DNA of 63,211 nucleotides, filler included, from Cercozoa sp. M6MM (lineage: Eukaryota > Protista > Endomyxa: Ascetosporea): assembly GCA_040357565.1 (NCBI GenBank). It is 10 parts of 10 records of this genome, joined end to end, with 100 filler letters (N's around TTAATTAATTAA, not from the genome) between each part and the next. Parts side by side here need not be neighbours in the genome. Positions count along the whole stretch, not along the records: positions 13,782 to 30,797 come from JBDODJ010000273.1; positions 30,898 to 35,270 come from JBDODJ010001157.1; positions 35,371 to 39,067 come from JBDODJ010001347.1; positions 39,168 to 46,964 come from JBDODJ010000593.1; 6 more parts are not named here. One strand, written 5' to 3'. A model generated the notes under the pieces. That model had not been told where the DNA came from and made no database searches. It was given only the letters and a program-made list of their open reading frames with translations. Below, piece after piece: positions 26,751 to 39,878 of this stretch. Positions within the stretch are counted from its first letter, which is position 1; each line of letters begins with the position of its first letter. The position numbers and the translations under genes were made by a program.

Positions 26751-28976
26751 ATGCACTTACTCATCTCGGCACTCATTGCGAGCGTTGCTGCCTTTCCGAG
26801 TGGTCCCAGCTGCACTGCATCTGTTACAGATGTCCTAGCGGAGCACACCTGGTCGCGACAGGCCGACTCGAGTTCCACGAACAAGTATATCCTCGACACA
26901 GGCGGTCAGAAGTGGCGCCCAGGAGAGCGTCTGACCATCATGTTGCGCAAGGATCCCACTGCCGGTAACAGCTTTTTTCTTCCTCTCATTCCTTCCCTCC
27001 CTTAAGTTAATGTTACCCTCACAGCAATGACACGCGACTTTGATGGCTTTGTGATCGAAGCTATCGACGACAATAACAACGAAATGGTGCCCTTCGTCCA
27101 ATTGTAAATATACCATTGAACTGAGATGCGATGCTGCTTGGATAGAAAGTGGGTTCCTGGGGCTCCGCCGACGAGATCAACAACGAGCGCTTCGACGGCA
27201 AGTTGGTACTCCTCTGCGCTGACAGTCTAAAAACGGAGGTCACACGTGCGTGAGTGTGCAGGTGTTCTCGAACGGCATGCCGAGCGCCAATTGCGGCTTC
27301 AACGTACTCGGACACGGCAACGACTTCGTGGGTGCTCAGGTAGATTAATTGCATCTCACTTCGCGTATGAACCGCCAATGCTATGTCATCGTAGCATGGC
27401 AACGATCTCTTGGTGCGCTGGAACGCGCCTGCCAGCGCAGGCTCCGTGACTCAGGTTACCTTCCGCGCGCTCGTGTACCTCAAGTGCAGTCAAATAAGTT
27501 CGGTATAGCGGCTGTATGCATGCATTAGTTCAATAGATGTGTGGTATGGATCGTTTCCTTTTTCAGGATAAGATGAACTGCGATTCCACCGAAACAGACG
27601 CCGGACGCTTCTTCCCGCTGCTCGCAGATGTCGATATAGATACGAGTAACCTCAGATGTCTTTTAGATTCTATGGCACCATGTATACAATGTACGTGCAT
27701 AGGTACGGGCTTCCCAACAGCGACGCCAGACACGTTGTTGTTTAGGCTGACTCAACGCACGGACACTGCGGCATTCTTGGATCGCATTAAAGCACTCTAC
27801 GACACTGGTACACTGACAACCGCTCGCGTGATGCTGTTGTGGTGACATGTACGTACGATCGTGACTCCAGACATGCGCATCAAGCAACTCGTGGCCGACC
27901 TGAACAACCCGTTTACGCAGAATCTTTTGTTTGCACCGGCCGGCGGTAGTGTCGACACGCTAACCGCAGGCGACATTATTCGTACGGATTTTCTCTCAGC
28001 TAGGCACCCAAGCACTGTGAAAATTGTACCCCTTCGTGGTGAAACAGGGCACGTCGTGTCAGGCCCGCTAAACATGGGACTGCTGCAGCGAGATCCGACG
28101 ACGCTGAAGCTCTCGCTGTCGGCACAACTGATGAACGGACAGATCCTCAAGTCACGTCTTCGCACGACAGCGGCCCCGACGGACGATGCTGCTGTGGGCG
28201 ACTTGATCGTACGCGTCATGAACGACATCAGAATGCTCGCGCACGGCGCTGGAACCCGTACAGATATTCTTTTGCCTGTGCCTGTATGTGTGTCCGACGT
28301 GTGTGTTCGAACAGAGGCTGCCATGGTGGACCAAACTGTGCCGGCCAATACGGAGAGTGTGCGAAACGGCGTGTTGCAGATCATAGCTACACCTGTCGTC
28401 CTTCCGCCCACGATGGTCCATTTACTTGGAATGTTCGAGTGTACACTTTGAATTTGCGAGTGCGCAGATGTCATTCGCAGCAAGCACACTCCAGACCACT
28501 CCCGAAGCAACGACCTTCAACGACGTGCTGCAGGCAGCCATGACGCAGGATGGCATGGCTTACCTGACTCGTCTGCAGGAGATCGCAGCTACTGCCAACG
28601 GCGACGCTGTCACCGTCCTTCTTCCGTACCATCCAGTCTAGCGAGTACATTTATTGGATATTGGGTTTGGGCACACACCCTTATTGTTGCCTGGGTAGTG
28701 CCGACCAATCGGGTCTGAATGATAACACCTTGTCCGCCGATCAGCTGCGACTTCACACTATCGTGGCAGGCGATGGTGTCTTTGCCTCGCAACTCATGGT
28801 TGCTTGACCATTCTGTATACCTCTGTCTGTACGGTAACGTATGTGTATCCACTGTGCGCAGATGTTGCTTAGTCAAGGTGAGGTGACATTGCCGACCATG
28901 CTGATGCAGACGTGCATGTCCGGCTCGCGTTCACGCTTCCGTCTGAATCTGCTGCAGTGGTGGTAGTGAGAGCTTC

Positions 28977-29026
<50 letters not shown>

Positions 29027-29036
29027 NNNNNNNNNN

Positions 29037-29085
<49 letters not shown>

Positions 29086-29883
29086 GTTTGTTGTACAGGA
29101 GCTGGAGCAACGACGACAAAGAAGACAGTGACAACGAAAATGCAGGCGGCACTTGGGGCAACAATGACGTGTGGAAAGACTACGTGCCGCCCTCAATGAC
29201 CACGCCTTACCCCTCCAAGACTGCGACGACCCCACCAATGTCCACTACGCCTTCAATGACCACGACACCTTCAATGACCACGACACCTTCCATGACCACG
29301 ACACCTTCCATGAGCACAACACCTTCAATGACCACGACACCGTCGATGACTCCCACCACAACTGGTATTGGAACCACGACACCGCCGACCACAACGACTT
29401 CTCAGGCTATCACCACAGGTAGATCACCCCCCCCCCCCGCACTATGCTCCACTAAAATGCTGCCATGTTATTGACAATAGCACCACCGCCGGTCTCGTGT
29501 CCTGTGCACCTGCGTCTTCGCCTCAACGGCGGCAACGTCGAAATCACCGTGGCTAACAGCAGCAGCACCAACGCACCCGTTGCTACAGTCGATGCCACGG
29601 ACTTGCAAGTGCGTGCCGGCGTGTATCTTTACTGCATCTCTTCTCACAAACTACCCACTGAGTTGCTCATTGGACAGTGTGCACACGGTGCGCGTAAGCG
29701 GTGACACACGACTCCAGGTGCCTGGTGGCACTCAAGCAGGCTCGCGTCAACATGAGGTTAGCCTTTTGCGTTGAGGTGTCTGTCGGGTATGAATGTATCT
29801 CACAGGACGAGGCGGACGATGCACGTGCACTGTTCAGCGTCGCTGTCGTCGCATTGACTGTGCTGTGCGCGCTCGCACTCTAG
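26751..29883 (+). CDS. Secreted/surface protein: signal peptide, Reeler domain, FAS1-like domain(s), Thr-rich stalk, hydrophobic C-terminus (possible GPI signal)
   Basis: MHLLISALIASVAAFPSG..C, DFDGFVIEA, VRWNAPA...VTFRA (Reeler). LLFAP, HVVSG, NGVLQII.TPVVLP (FAS1). (MTTTPS)n stalk; ends ALFSVAVVALTVLCALAL*. Confidence 0.75.
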
Positions 29884-30171
29884 TGATAAACCCAAACTGG
29901 ACCGGTTACGTTAAACCATGAATTCAAACGTTGACCACACTCGGGCCAATTAAATTCACGATGGTACTAAATTTAGCTGGTACAATGATAGCTCGCGTCG
30001 CGATACCGTGCATCCATGACACTACCGGACAGCGCAGTATTTGACGATGCATAATCAGTCGGGTACTAGTCGCGTACGCTAGTCCATTAGGAGGTAGACG
30101 GTTAGTTCAGTCTATTTCGTAGTTGGTTACAGCGCGGTATTTCCGAGCACTAAAATTAAACTTACTTCCGT

Positions 30172-30797
30172 TCACTTGTACTCGTGCAGCACCAGTCGTG
30201 CCCTCCCATAGGTTCGTTCGACTCTTCGTTCCGAGTCGCCGTCAATGCCAGATCTGGGATCGGTGTTGCTGCGCGTGACGGTGCACACTCGGTCCAACAG
30301 TGAGCGCACGTGGTCGTGGAACCCAGGTACAGGACCACACAGCAGCACGATAATCTGCTTGGCTCCCTCTGGGGACAAACGTTCGTATCAACAGGACGTG
30401 TGGTGCTAACAAAAGCGGTACCGCCCAGAGCCAGCGCGCGCTCGATATCATCAGCACCGATACGTCGATTGATCACCTGATCGGTGGCACCGTCACTCTC
30501 GCTGTAGTCGGTTTGATCACCGTCGTGATCGGTTCCACGTGACAGAAAGTGGGTCACTTGGAAGTGCGCCGACAGCGCCGTCAACTCTCGCCGCAGCAGC
30601 ATGTCCCGGGAGGTCCTCTGTCTCAAAGTAACCGCAACACAGAATGACCAAAACGATCACTCAGCGATCACTCAGCGACCACCTCACTGGAGTACCTGCT
30701 GGATCAGCGCCGTCAGTGACGGAACACGTGCGCCCTTTTTCGCCTCTTTTTTCGTGTGCCGCATCACCGAGAAGATCGGCGCGATTCCTGCCCGCGG
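30172..30797 (-). CDS. FNR/cytochrome b5 reductase-like NAD-binding domain, 5'-partial
   Basis: GIAPIFSV, DMLLRRELTAL, IIVLLCGPVPGF. Confidence 0.8.
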
Positions 30798-30897
30798 NNN
30801 NNNNNNNNNNNNNNNNNNNNNNNNNNNNNNNNNNNNNNNNNTTAATTAATTAANNNNNNNNNNNNNNNNNNNNNNNNNNNNNNNNNNNNNNNNNNNN

Positions 30898-31108
<211 letters not shown>

Positions 31109-31109
31109 G

Positions 31110-32460
31110 TACGCACGGTGAAACGACGAGTTTCGACGATTCGCGTGTACTCACTCCTCAGTGCAGTCAGTGTCTACTACTTAGCCTGGTGCGTTTGGTT
31201 GCAGTGCCTGCCCAAGCACGAGTGGCGAAAGGACTTTCTCGATCCCGTTGCCTGTTGACGGTACTATCACTTGCCCAAACTTTATGTATTTTACCTCGTA
31301 TTTTTGTGTTATACTCGCAGATTCCAACGAGCAGCAATGGGATGTACTGTACGAGGTGTGCCTCATTTTGTGTTGCCGTATATGTCTGTTTAAACTTGGT
31401 CTTATTGCTACCAGGCTGCCAGACGAAAGTTTCCATCGCTGCAGCGACATGAACAACTGCGTGTCTGGCGAGCTCGCTCCAACGCCGACAGCGATTCCGA
31501 CAGCGAGGTATTGTGTTGAAGGGCGAAAGTAGCGATAAGGTACTTGGTGCACATCGTGCTTGGTTCCGATAGGAACAGGAGCTGTGCGAACTCGACACGG
31601 ACGAGCCGCTGCAGCAGCAGGCATTCGAACACGGTGCGCACATGTCAGTCGATGGTGCTTTTGCACATGTGCACTCGTCTGTGTAGGCGACTATGTGCTG
31701 CTGGAACCCGACATTGCGAGCGACGAGGAGGTCATGTCTTCCTCGGACATGGAGGAAGAAGAAAAGACGAAAGAAGACGAAAAGGCAGAGTTTCAATGGA
31801 CACTACACGCTGCCCGTGGTGTCTACTCCTCTTCTATCCCGTTCACGTTCCTACTCGCACATCTGTGACTCTCGGTGTAGACGCGGAAGATGTGGCGGTC
31901 GACAGCGTCGCTGCACGCGTCTGGAACCTTGACTTGGTGTGTTCAAAATGTAACCTCTGCCGCTCATGTGCATCGGTATTCGGGGTAGTTCGCGAGGGAC
32001 ACGCGTCTGCGTAAGCAACTGCCGCTGAAACCCGGCGCTCTTGATCACGCGTTCGACGGACCCTTTCGGTGCAACTATGCGCGAAACTATACATATCATT
32101 TGTGCGCTCCTATCCCCGGCATGGTACCCCTTGTGCAGCGTGATATCGCGCGATCGAAACAATCGTCGCGTGGTCTTGCTCTCTGAATCCACGGGACACC
32201 AGGTAAACTGACTTCCCCTCATCGTGCCTCTCTTTGTTGACTCCTTTGTTCACCACTTTGTCTGAATTTCGTGTATGCATGTAGTTCCGCGTGTACAGCT
32301 GCGTTCTAAACGAAGACAACTCAATCCCACACACTCGTACCACTGCGTACACTGTGTAAGTATTGCTTGTCATTTAGTTAATGGTATCAACAGCGACCAA
32401 GGGAATTCCGTCGCGCGGAAAGGCACGCGATATCGCACTCAAGTACACACACACACACAC

Positions 32461-32499
<39 letters not shown>

Positions 32500-32800
32500 C
32501 CTTGATGCATCTGTTGTGAGTGTATGTGCATATGTGCACAGAGAAGCTCGGGAGCACGGCGATGCCAGGTGGGTTTTGATCGGCTGCATGGGTGGTCGCT
32601 TCAGCGCGGTTGAACTCTGGCACGGACAGGTACCGCCGTATAGACGTCTGTTTGTGTATTTGTGTATTTGTGTCTGTGCAACGCTATGGGTGTGTATGTA
32701 GAGTCGTCGGCACAAGAGTTTCCACCGCTACGTCGTGCGTGCCAAGCAGGGCAAGCGACAGGCTTCGGTGGACAAAAGCGCTGGCCGAAAGATTAAGAGC

Positions 32801-32871
<71 letters not shown>

Positions 32872-33931
32872 TTCTCTCTCTCTCTCTCTGCATTTCCCAC
32901 TCCCCATATTGCACGAACCCTCCGCTTGTATACAGGCAGGCAGCTGGATGCGTCGGTATCACGAAAGTCAACTGCGCGAAGAGGTGTCCGAACTGCTCTC
33001 GCAGTGGCGACAAGCGAACGTCTTCTCCGGTATGCGCTACATACATATTCACACACACACGCACACGCACACACACGTACACATACACCTGGAGTGCAGG
33101 CGCCACCAAGATCTTTGTGTTTGCACCGGGCGCCATCAACAAGCGTCTCGTTTTTGACACCACAACGGGTGCACCGAGCTTTTCCTCCTTTTTGCCTGGT
33201 CGTGAAGTGCCCTCTGTGTGCTTTGGTAGAGAAAGACAAGACCATCCCATTGCGGCAGCAAGATAGCAAAGTCTTTTCGCTCCCCTTTGCCGTGCGTTTA
33301 CCTAGTTTCTGTGCCATCTGTATGCTTTGATGCGCACTGTGCTCAGGTGGGACGTCGATGCAACCGCACGGCACTCCTCGCGGCGGAGCAGCAACTCGTA
33401 CCGATTCATCAAACCTAAATTAACTTTTACGTCTCCATCTGACATCGCTTTAGTCTCGCATCGAGTTTCTGCCGCATCCCGACTCCATCGACTCGCAGCG
33501 AGCTCAAGTAAATTTACAATCGCCTGTCTGTCCTAGACCCGCATGTGGGTGCATGATGATTGTATGTGTGACACTATTAAAGGAACTGTACCGCCGTTCG
33601 CAGCCAGACCGCGTGCTAGTTGATGCTGCAGCACTCACGGTCGCCGTCACCGGCGAGGCCGAAACTGAAGCTGAGGCTGCCGCTGCCGAGGTTGACGCTG
33701 CTGATGCTGCCAGCCACAGTGATGACAGTGATGACAGCAACGACCATTTGGATTCGCTTGTCGCGATGACTCCCCCGAGGTAGCTCACTGCATACCTTGT
33801 GCGACGAGCGGAGACTTGGTCCGTCCTACTTGTATTCTTTGTGTTGTAGGAGTGCGACAACGTCACAAGCTTCGCTGCATAGTGATCGCGAGTCTGACAG
33901 TGATAGCGACCTTGAAGTGAACAGCGAGTGA
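31110..33931 (+). CDS. ANKZF1: Vms1/ANKZF1-like VLRF1-domain protein, 5'-partial, with an acidic tail
   Basis: HKSFHRYVVRAKQGKRQASVD...KIKSAGSWMRRYHESQLREEVSELLSQW...IFVFAPG...VFSLPF. Confidence 0.85.
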
Positions 33932-34511
33932 AATGAAACTCCAACGCAAATCGCAACCCGACCGAATTGAATATACGGAATGAATGAACTGACCTATGCA
34001 CCGCTTGACCGCTTGACCGGCGGTTATCCATCATCACATCTCGCTCGACGTGCCGGCGACTTGAACGGAATTCGATCGCGATCGCATTTGATTAATTTTG
34101 CATTCTGACTCGACTCAACTGCTTGCCGACCCTGCCGAACGTTAATGGTGCCGTCGCACCGCACCGTCGCGATGACATCGGCCGGATTACGTTATGCCGC
34201 TTGATGGCAGACTTAAGGGAATCGAAGCTGGATACGGATGGGTATCAAACAAACCCGAGCAAGTCAGACACAGGACGTCTGCATAAGCTCCCTTCTCCTC
34301 TTCCGCGCGGCCGAGGACGCCGGCGCCTCAAGACGTGAGCCTGCACGTGGACCTTACCAAGCTTTCTCGACGCTGCGCCCAAGCATGCCCCAAGGTTATC
34401 CATGTTCCGATAGAGGAGGATTGTGTCGCATGGAGAGGGTAGACGCCTGCAAGAGCGCGAGACCAAGCCATCCCTCGAAAAGATGACTCTCGCCTCCGGT
34501 TCACCCTGCAG

Positions 34512-34953
34512 TTTGTTAGTTGAGTCTTTTAAGAAACAACTAAGTAGTTCCCCTGCACCAGTCCAGGGTGGGTCACAAGAGCGTGGCCGTGTCTACCGCC
34601 CACTTGAGGCAGGACCACACAACTCTCCCTTTGACGTTTCCAGACGACGAAGTCGACTTCATGGTTGGTTCAAGTAGAGAGGCTTCGCAGGCAGTGTCGG
34701 GTCGTCCCGTCGTCGTCCTCCCGCCCCTCCACTCGATGGCTAAACAGAACAAGCTGACGTAGACTTAGGGCTACCACTGCTATGAGTGGTGGCCTAGTCT
34801 ATGTCGGACTTCTCAGTCCAATGCCAGCTGGGAGGCTGGTTGTCCTTCGACAGTAGCTGCCTCGTCCCAGGAGATCTTGGTGCCTTTGGTGCTTTCTGCT
34901 GGCCGGTAAGTTATGTCTTCAATTGTGCGCCATTACTCGTTTAATTCGCGCTC
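34512..34953 (-). mobile_element. 5'-truncated non-LTR retroposon, copy B, with a 12-bp TSD
   Basis: Its 3' ~115 bp match copy A. Flanks are TTCACCCTGCAG (34500-34511) and TTCGCCCTGCAG (34954-34965). Contains a decayed ORF end WRTIEDI...ISWDEA. Confidence 0.75.
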
Positions 34954-35218
34954 TTCGCCCTGCAGATCTGACGCGCATTCTAGACACCGACCTGGACTCT
35001 CGTTTCGAAATAGACTAAACTAACTACGACTAGCTAACGTAATGCGATACGGCTATTTGATTACGTGATACTCTAATGACAGGACGGGGAGGAAACAAGC
35101 CGTAATATTCAGTTGAAAGCAGAGGCGTTGCCTTGTAATCTGCGGCGCGGATTCATCTACAAAGCAAGCAAACAAACAAACACAAACACAAACACAAACA
35201 CAAACACAAACACAAACA

Positions 35219-35270
<52 letters not shown>

Positions 35271-35370
35271 NNNNNNNNNNNNNNNNNNNNNNNNNNNNNN
35301 NNNNNNNNNNNNNNTTAATTAATTAANNNNNNNNNNNNNNNNNNNNNNNNNNNNNNNNNNNNNNNNNNNN

Positions 35371-35418
<48 letters not shown>

Positions 35419-35420
35419 TA

Positions 35421-36066
35421 CCATTCTCGCACTTGATGATGACTTCTTCGTTGAAGTAAAACTTAACGTAGCGAGTGGTTCGGTCACACCAGGCACCCGC
35501 TGCAGGAATACGTATATCTTCATATATATCTATATATATATATATATCACATATATCTATATTCTATACAGATAGAGACACTTATCATAAGACAGGTACC
35601 AGAACACCGCCAGTTGGAATTTTGACGAATCCAGACAAAGGCCGGCGAGTGGCGTTGTTTCCGAAACTTGCGGGACATGGCGGCACATGGTACTCGCGGC
35701 TGCACCGGTAGGGCAGGGAGAGCAGGTAGAGGTAGGGTAGGGAAGGGTAGGGCAGGGTAGGGCATGGTAGGGTAGGGTAGGGTAGGATAGGGTAGACAGG
35801 GATACGTATTCTTGCAGGAGATTCGGCACGACCGCGGAGAGTGTTTCCATCGCTTTCGGCGGCAGGATGACGCACTGCCGCTTGTCCTGCAGTCGTTGGG
35901 ATGGCACAATAGCACAACAACAACAACAACAACAACAACAAACAACAGTAACAACAACAAGGATACCTCCAATTCGTTCTCATCAAACTCAATGCAATCG
36001 TCTGGGTCGCTCAGCGCGTCGTACTGGTCCAGAACACCTGAAGTGGATGGATAAAAAGACAGACAA

Positions 36067-36113
<47 letters not shown>

Positions 36114-36770
36114 GATAGATAGATAGACATATATATATATACATATAGATAGATAGATAGACATATATAAATATATATATATATATAGACAGATAGACAG
36201 ATAGATTGATAAACAGACAGACTTTATAGTCTTTGTGCACTACCATACTCGGGAAACTTCTCAATGTCGGACAACCGAACGCTCGTCGGGTCTGCGTAAA
36301 GAACGCCGTCGCTCGGATTGATCCAGCGAAAGTATGCTCGCGTGCCCACGATGCCGAGCAGCCTGAGCACCGACCCAGTGGACATGGATCGCACATGCGT
36401 ACCTCCGCCAGAGTACAGTGGAGGAATCCAGACAAAGCAGGAGGAAGTACATTGCAGGCCACATGCAGCCGCTGGAGTCGTCAAGAGCGTATATACTGCA
36501 AACAACTCACGAACCGTAACGTGCGCAGGTAGGTCTAACTCTAACTTACCACGTGCCTGCCACTGGCGTCCACGAGCGCAGCTTCCTCGCAAGCATGCGT
36601 TTCGCCTCCTTTGGCCGTAGCGCCCCTAATTTCTCGCTCTGATGGTTGGCGCCGGCGGCACCTTCCTCGTCCCCAGCAGTAATGATGCGCGACCTGCGAC
36701 GCGGTCGTCGCTTGTCTCGTGGCTGGTGGGGAGACATGTCCTGGCTCATCCAGTGACGCCCCTCATCCAT
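35421..36770 (-). CDS. Hypothetical spliced protein, 3'-partial
   Basis: MDEGRHW... GC-rich exons are separated by microsatellite-filled GT-AG introns. No family recognised. Confidence 0.55.
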
Positions 36771-36989
36771 TTTAGTGCGGGTAGATCACTGATAGGACTG
36801 CGCGCACACGCACACACTAGTTTTTATCTCGATCTTAGACTCAAGCTGGGTCCCAAACAGGCGTCTCCCGTTTTTTTTTAATTCTTTTTGTTGAAATGGT
36901 GGTTTTAGTAGAAAAATGCGTTAGGGGATCAGGGTCATGCGTTCAAGTTCATTCGTGGTTGAAAGCTCGACTCCCGGACAGGTCATTTC

Positions 36990-37499
36990 ATTTCAGTCGA
37001 CACCGCCTAAATCGCGTTCGCTTGGGCCGTGGTTGTCGTCGTCGAACCTCCTGGCACTGCCGATGAAAAAACACTCATTTTCGAAGCGTATGCGAAAACT
37101 TGAATTGAATCTGGCAAATACTACGGTTTGTCGGGCAACGTTTCTTCTTTATGTTGCGCCTGCAGTTTAATCGAGATACTGTAAATCGTACAGCCAAGTT
37201 CCATTGAAATCATCTGGGTAGTACCGTTCTTCCGCGTGCCAAGACAGACCAAACCGACACCACAAAAAGCAGTGACATCAGGATGAATCCGCTGCGATAA
37301 ACACGGGGTCAGGTGTCACATCGAGGCTGGTCAGAGCTTAGACATTCAGTTACGGGGAAAATCCGTCGACACCAGGTGGGCGAGGCAAGGCTAAAAGATA
37401 AAGATTAGATTTCAACGAGACTTCGCTGGAAATACAGTTGTACTTTCAGCACCGCCGGCATTGAACTGGGTCATCCTGCATCACACACACACACAAACA

Positions 37500-37552
<53 letters not shown>

Positions 37553-37775
37553 GGCATCAGTCCTGGGTCAGAGTCATAAAATGAATTTACATCGAGTCGA
37601 ACTGGGAGGCCATACGTCGTATTTCGGCAACCACGCAAGCGCAGAAATCGTTGTTGCTCATTTTCGAGTTTGCCAGTTGACCACGTGCGTATGTGAGACC
37701 AACGAAACCGTCCACTCTGGCTTTGCAAAAGCTCACGGCGTTTCTTCCCCTGTATTGCTTGAAACCGCGATCTAA
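36990..37775 (-). CDS. Possible small spliced gene
   Basis: Several GT-AG-bounded blocks, including a (TG)n intron. The reading frame was not securely resolved. Confidence 0.25.
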
Positions 37776-37981
37776 ACGACACAGAGTCCTAAAATCTAAG
37801 CCTTTGGTACAGATAACTGGCTTAAGCGACACGAAAACCCACGGAGCAAGTCTATCCCTGGGAGCTTTATTCTTCCAGAAAAGCCCGGCGTTCCTCAAAA
37901 CTCGCGTTTCTGGGCGGCTTTAACGTGTCTAAGCACGTGCCACTACGCGTTTTTTAACTACATTGGCACGATTTGCCAAAA

Positions 37982-38932
37982 ATGTGTACGTTCCACCCAA
38001 GGGCACATAGCTTTCTCGTTTATGCGCGAGTGAATAGCCGTCGTGGATCTCTTTGCCGAGGCCGGCAGGAAGCGCATCCTTGCAGAGGGGAGATGGTACA
38101 GCATGTAAAGTTTCGTTGTTCTTATAAACTGTGTCGCTCAAACAGGGAAGCAGGACAGTTCGAGGAAGCGGGACGCGAGTTCACAGCTGCAGCAGCGTTG
38201 TACATGCAGGTTCGTGTGTCCTGTGCTTCGGTCTTTATCTTCAGTCTCTGTCGACGTGGTGTGTTTGATTAGATCCGCAAAACGCTGTCGGCCAGTGGAG
38301 TCGCCGCCGGGAGCGGCGCTCACGGCTCTGCGCGCGTTTCTCTCTCTGGTAGATACCTAAAGGATAGAGGGTAGGGGGGCAAGGGATGCGGAGGAGTGTA
38401 TCAGCGCAGACGTGAAGCGCTACCTGATGCAATGTATCGAGAAGGCCGAGCAGTGCAAGCAGCGTGCTGTAGCCACAGCAACACCAGCAGCAGCAGTGAC
38501 TTCCTCTGTTCCTCCTTCGGTATACCGCACTGCCTTTTTCGAGGGATGTATCTGTTACTCATTGTGGCAACACGTACAGAGACCTCGACAGGCCTCGCAA
38601 ACTGCGTCAGTCGATGTAGAATTTCCTTTGCGCAGAGCACATGGTATACCCTGTCTAAGGGGACGGTACGCGGGCAAACGGGTAAAGCCTGCGGTGTGTT
38701 CCAGGTGCCATGCAGCGTGCCAAGGGTCACGACGAGTTCTACCGCTTCCAGAAGGCCTACGATGCCTACGTTGAGGCCGTAGGATTTCCTGCTGATTCTG
38801 TACATATATATATATATAAGTATATATATATATGTATACCCCAAACTGTACTGTCACGTACTCTTTGTGCAGGCGCACGTGTTCATGTCGATTCTGAGAG
38901 GCTCGGTTCGGCCGGAACGCGAGATTCGCGAG
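37982..38932 (+). CDS. Tandem MIT-domain protein N-terminus, 3'-partial
   Basis: MSVVDLFAEA...WEAGQFEEAGREFTAAAALYM...YLMQCIEKAEQCK, then a second unit AMQRAKGHDEFYRFQKAYDAYVEAAHVFM. The first coding exon is 4 nt (ATGT). Confidence 0.7.
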
Positions 38933-39021
38933 GTGAGTGGGATGTAAAGGGTTGGGGTAAAGGGTTAAAAGTGGAGTAAAGAGTTGGGCCGGGTATGAAG
39001 GGAGGGTCAAAGGTGGGAAGG

Positions 39022-39067
<46 letters not shown>

Positions 39068-39167
39068 NNNNNNNNNNNNNNNNNNNNNNNNNNNNNNNNN
39101 NNNNNNNNNNNTTAATTAATTAANNNNNNNNNNNNNNNNNNNNNNNNNNNNNNNNNNNNNNNNNNNN

Positions 39168-39212
<45 letters not shown>

Positions 39213-39214
<2 letters not shown>

Positions 39215-39643
39215 CATTTTCGAACACTTAGAATGATTGATGATGCTGAATGCAGGTTTCGCTGCACCAAATTCTTCCTCTAGCGCAACAAGGCCATTTG
39301 GCCACTCCTGCAGGTAAAACACACACACCGAGCATAAAACAAGGCGATTTGGTCACAGGAAAGCACATACCTCCTGGCACCGTGAGAAATACTCATCAAA
39401 GTGTCCGAGCTCACCGGAAACCTCGTTTGATGACATTTTAACTACTCTTGCACAAGTAAATTAGTCCAGCGCTGCAGCTTTTTTGCTTTGCGTTTTGAGA
39501 AACCGTCGTTGAGGACGACAAGAGTCGATCGACACGAGTTCGGTCATTATGTTACCGTTTGCATCAATAAAACGACTGCACAAGGGAAAAGTGCGATACC
39601 GACACAATTGTATCGAACCAAACACTGAGCGGTGGCGCATCAT
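39213..39643 (-). CDS. Hypothetical spliced protein 5' part, truncated by a linker
   Basis: GT-AG-bounded exons such as ELGHFDEYFSRCQE|EWPNGLVALEEEFG. Confidence 0.4.
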
Positions 39644-39665
39644 CTGCTCATTGGCTTGCTCAAGT

Positions 39666-39726
39666 TAGTTAGTCGAGTCTTCTAGGAAACCAACTATGCG
39701 CACCAGTCTGGGGTGGACTCACAAGC
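39666..39726 (-). mobile_element. Severely 5'-truncated retroposon, copy C, with a perfect 14-bp TSD
   Basis: TGGCTTGCTCAAGT at 39652-39665 and 39727-39740. The insert matches the family 3' end and has a CTAACTAA tail. Confidence 0.85.
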
Positions 39727-39878
39727 TGGCTTGCTCAAGTATCGATACTGCTCAAGACGAGACTTACGTATTAACTCGACTGTAACTCGCCTGGGGAAAC
39801 TGAACTAACTAACGTAACGTGGAGGGAAGTAGGCATCGGTCATAGTCAGGCTGGACTGACATGCAAATTGAATGTAAG

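Noticed and set aside
35810-35890. UFD1-like VILPPKAMETL motif
   Set aside because: Too short, and the surrounding exons do not match UFD1.
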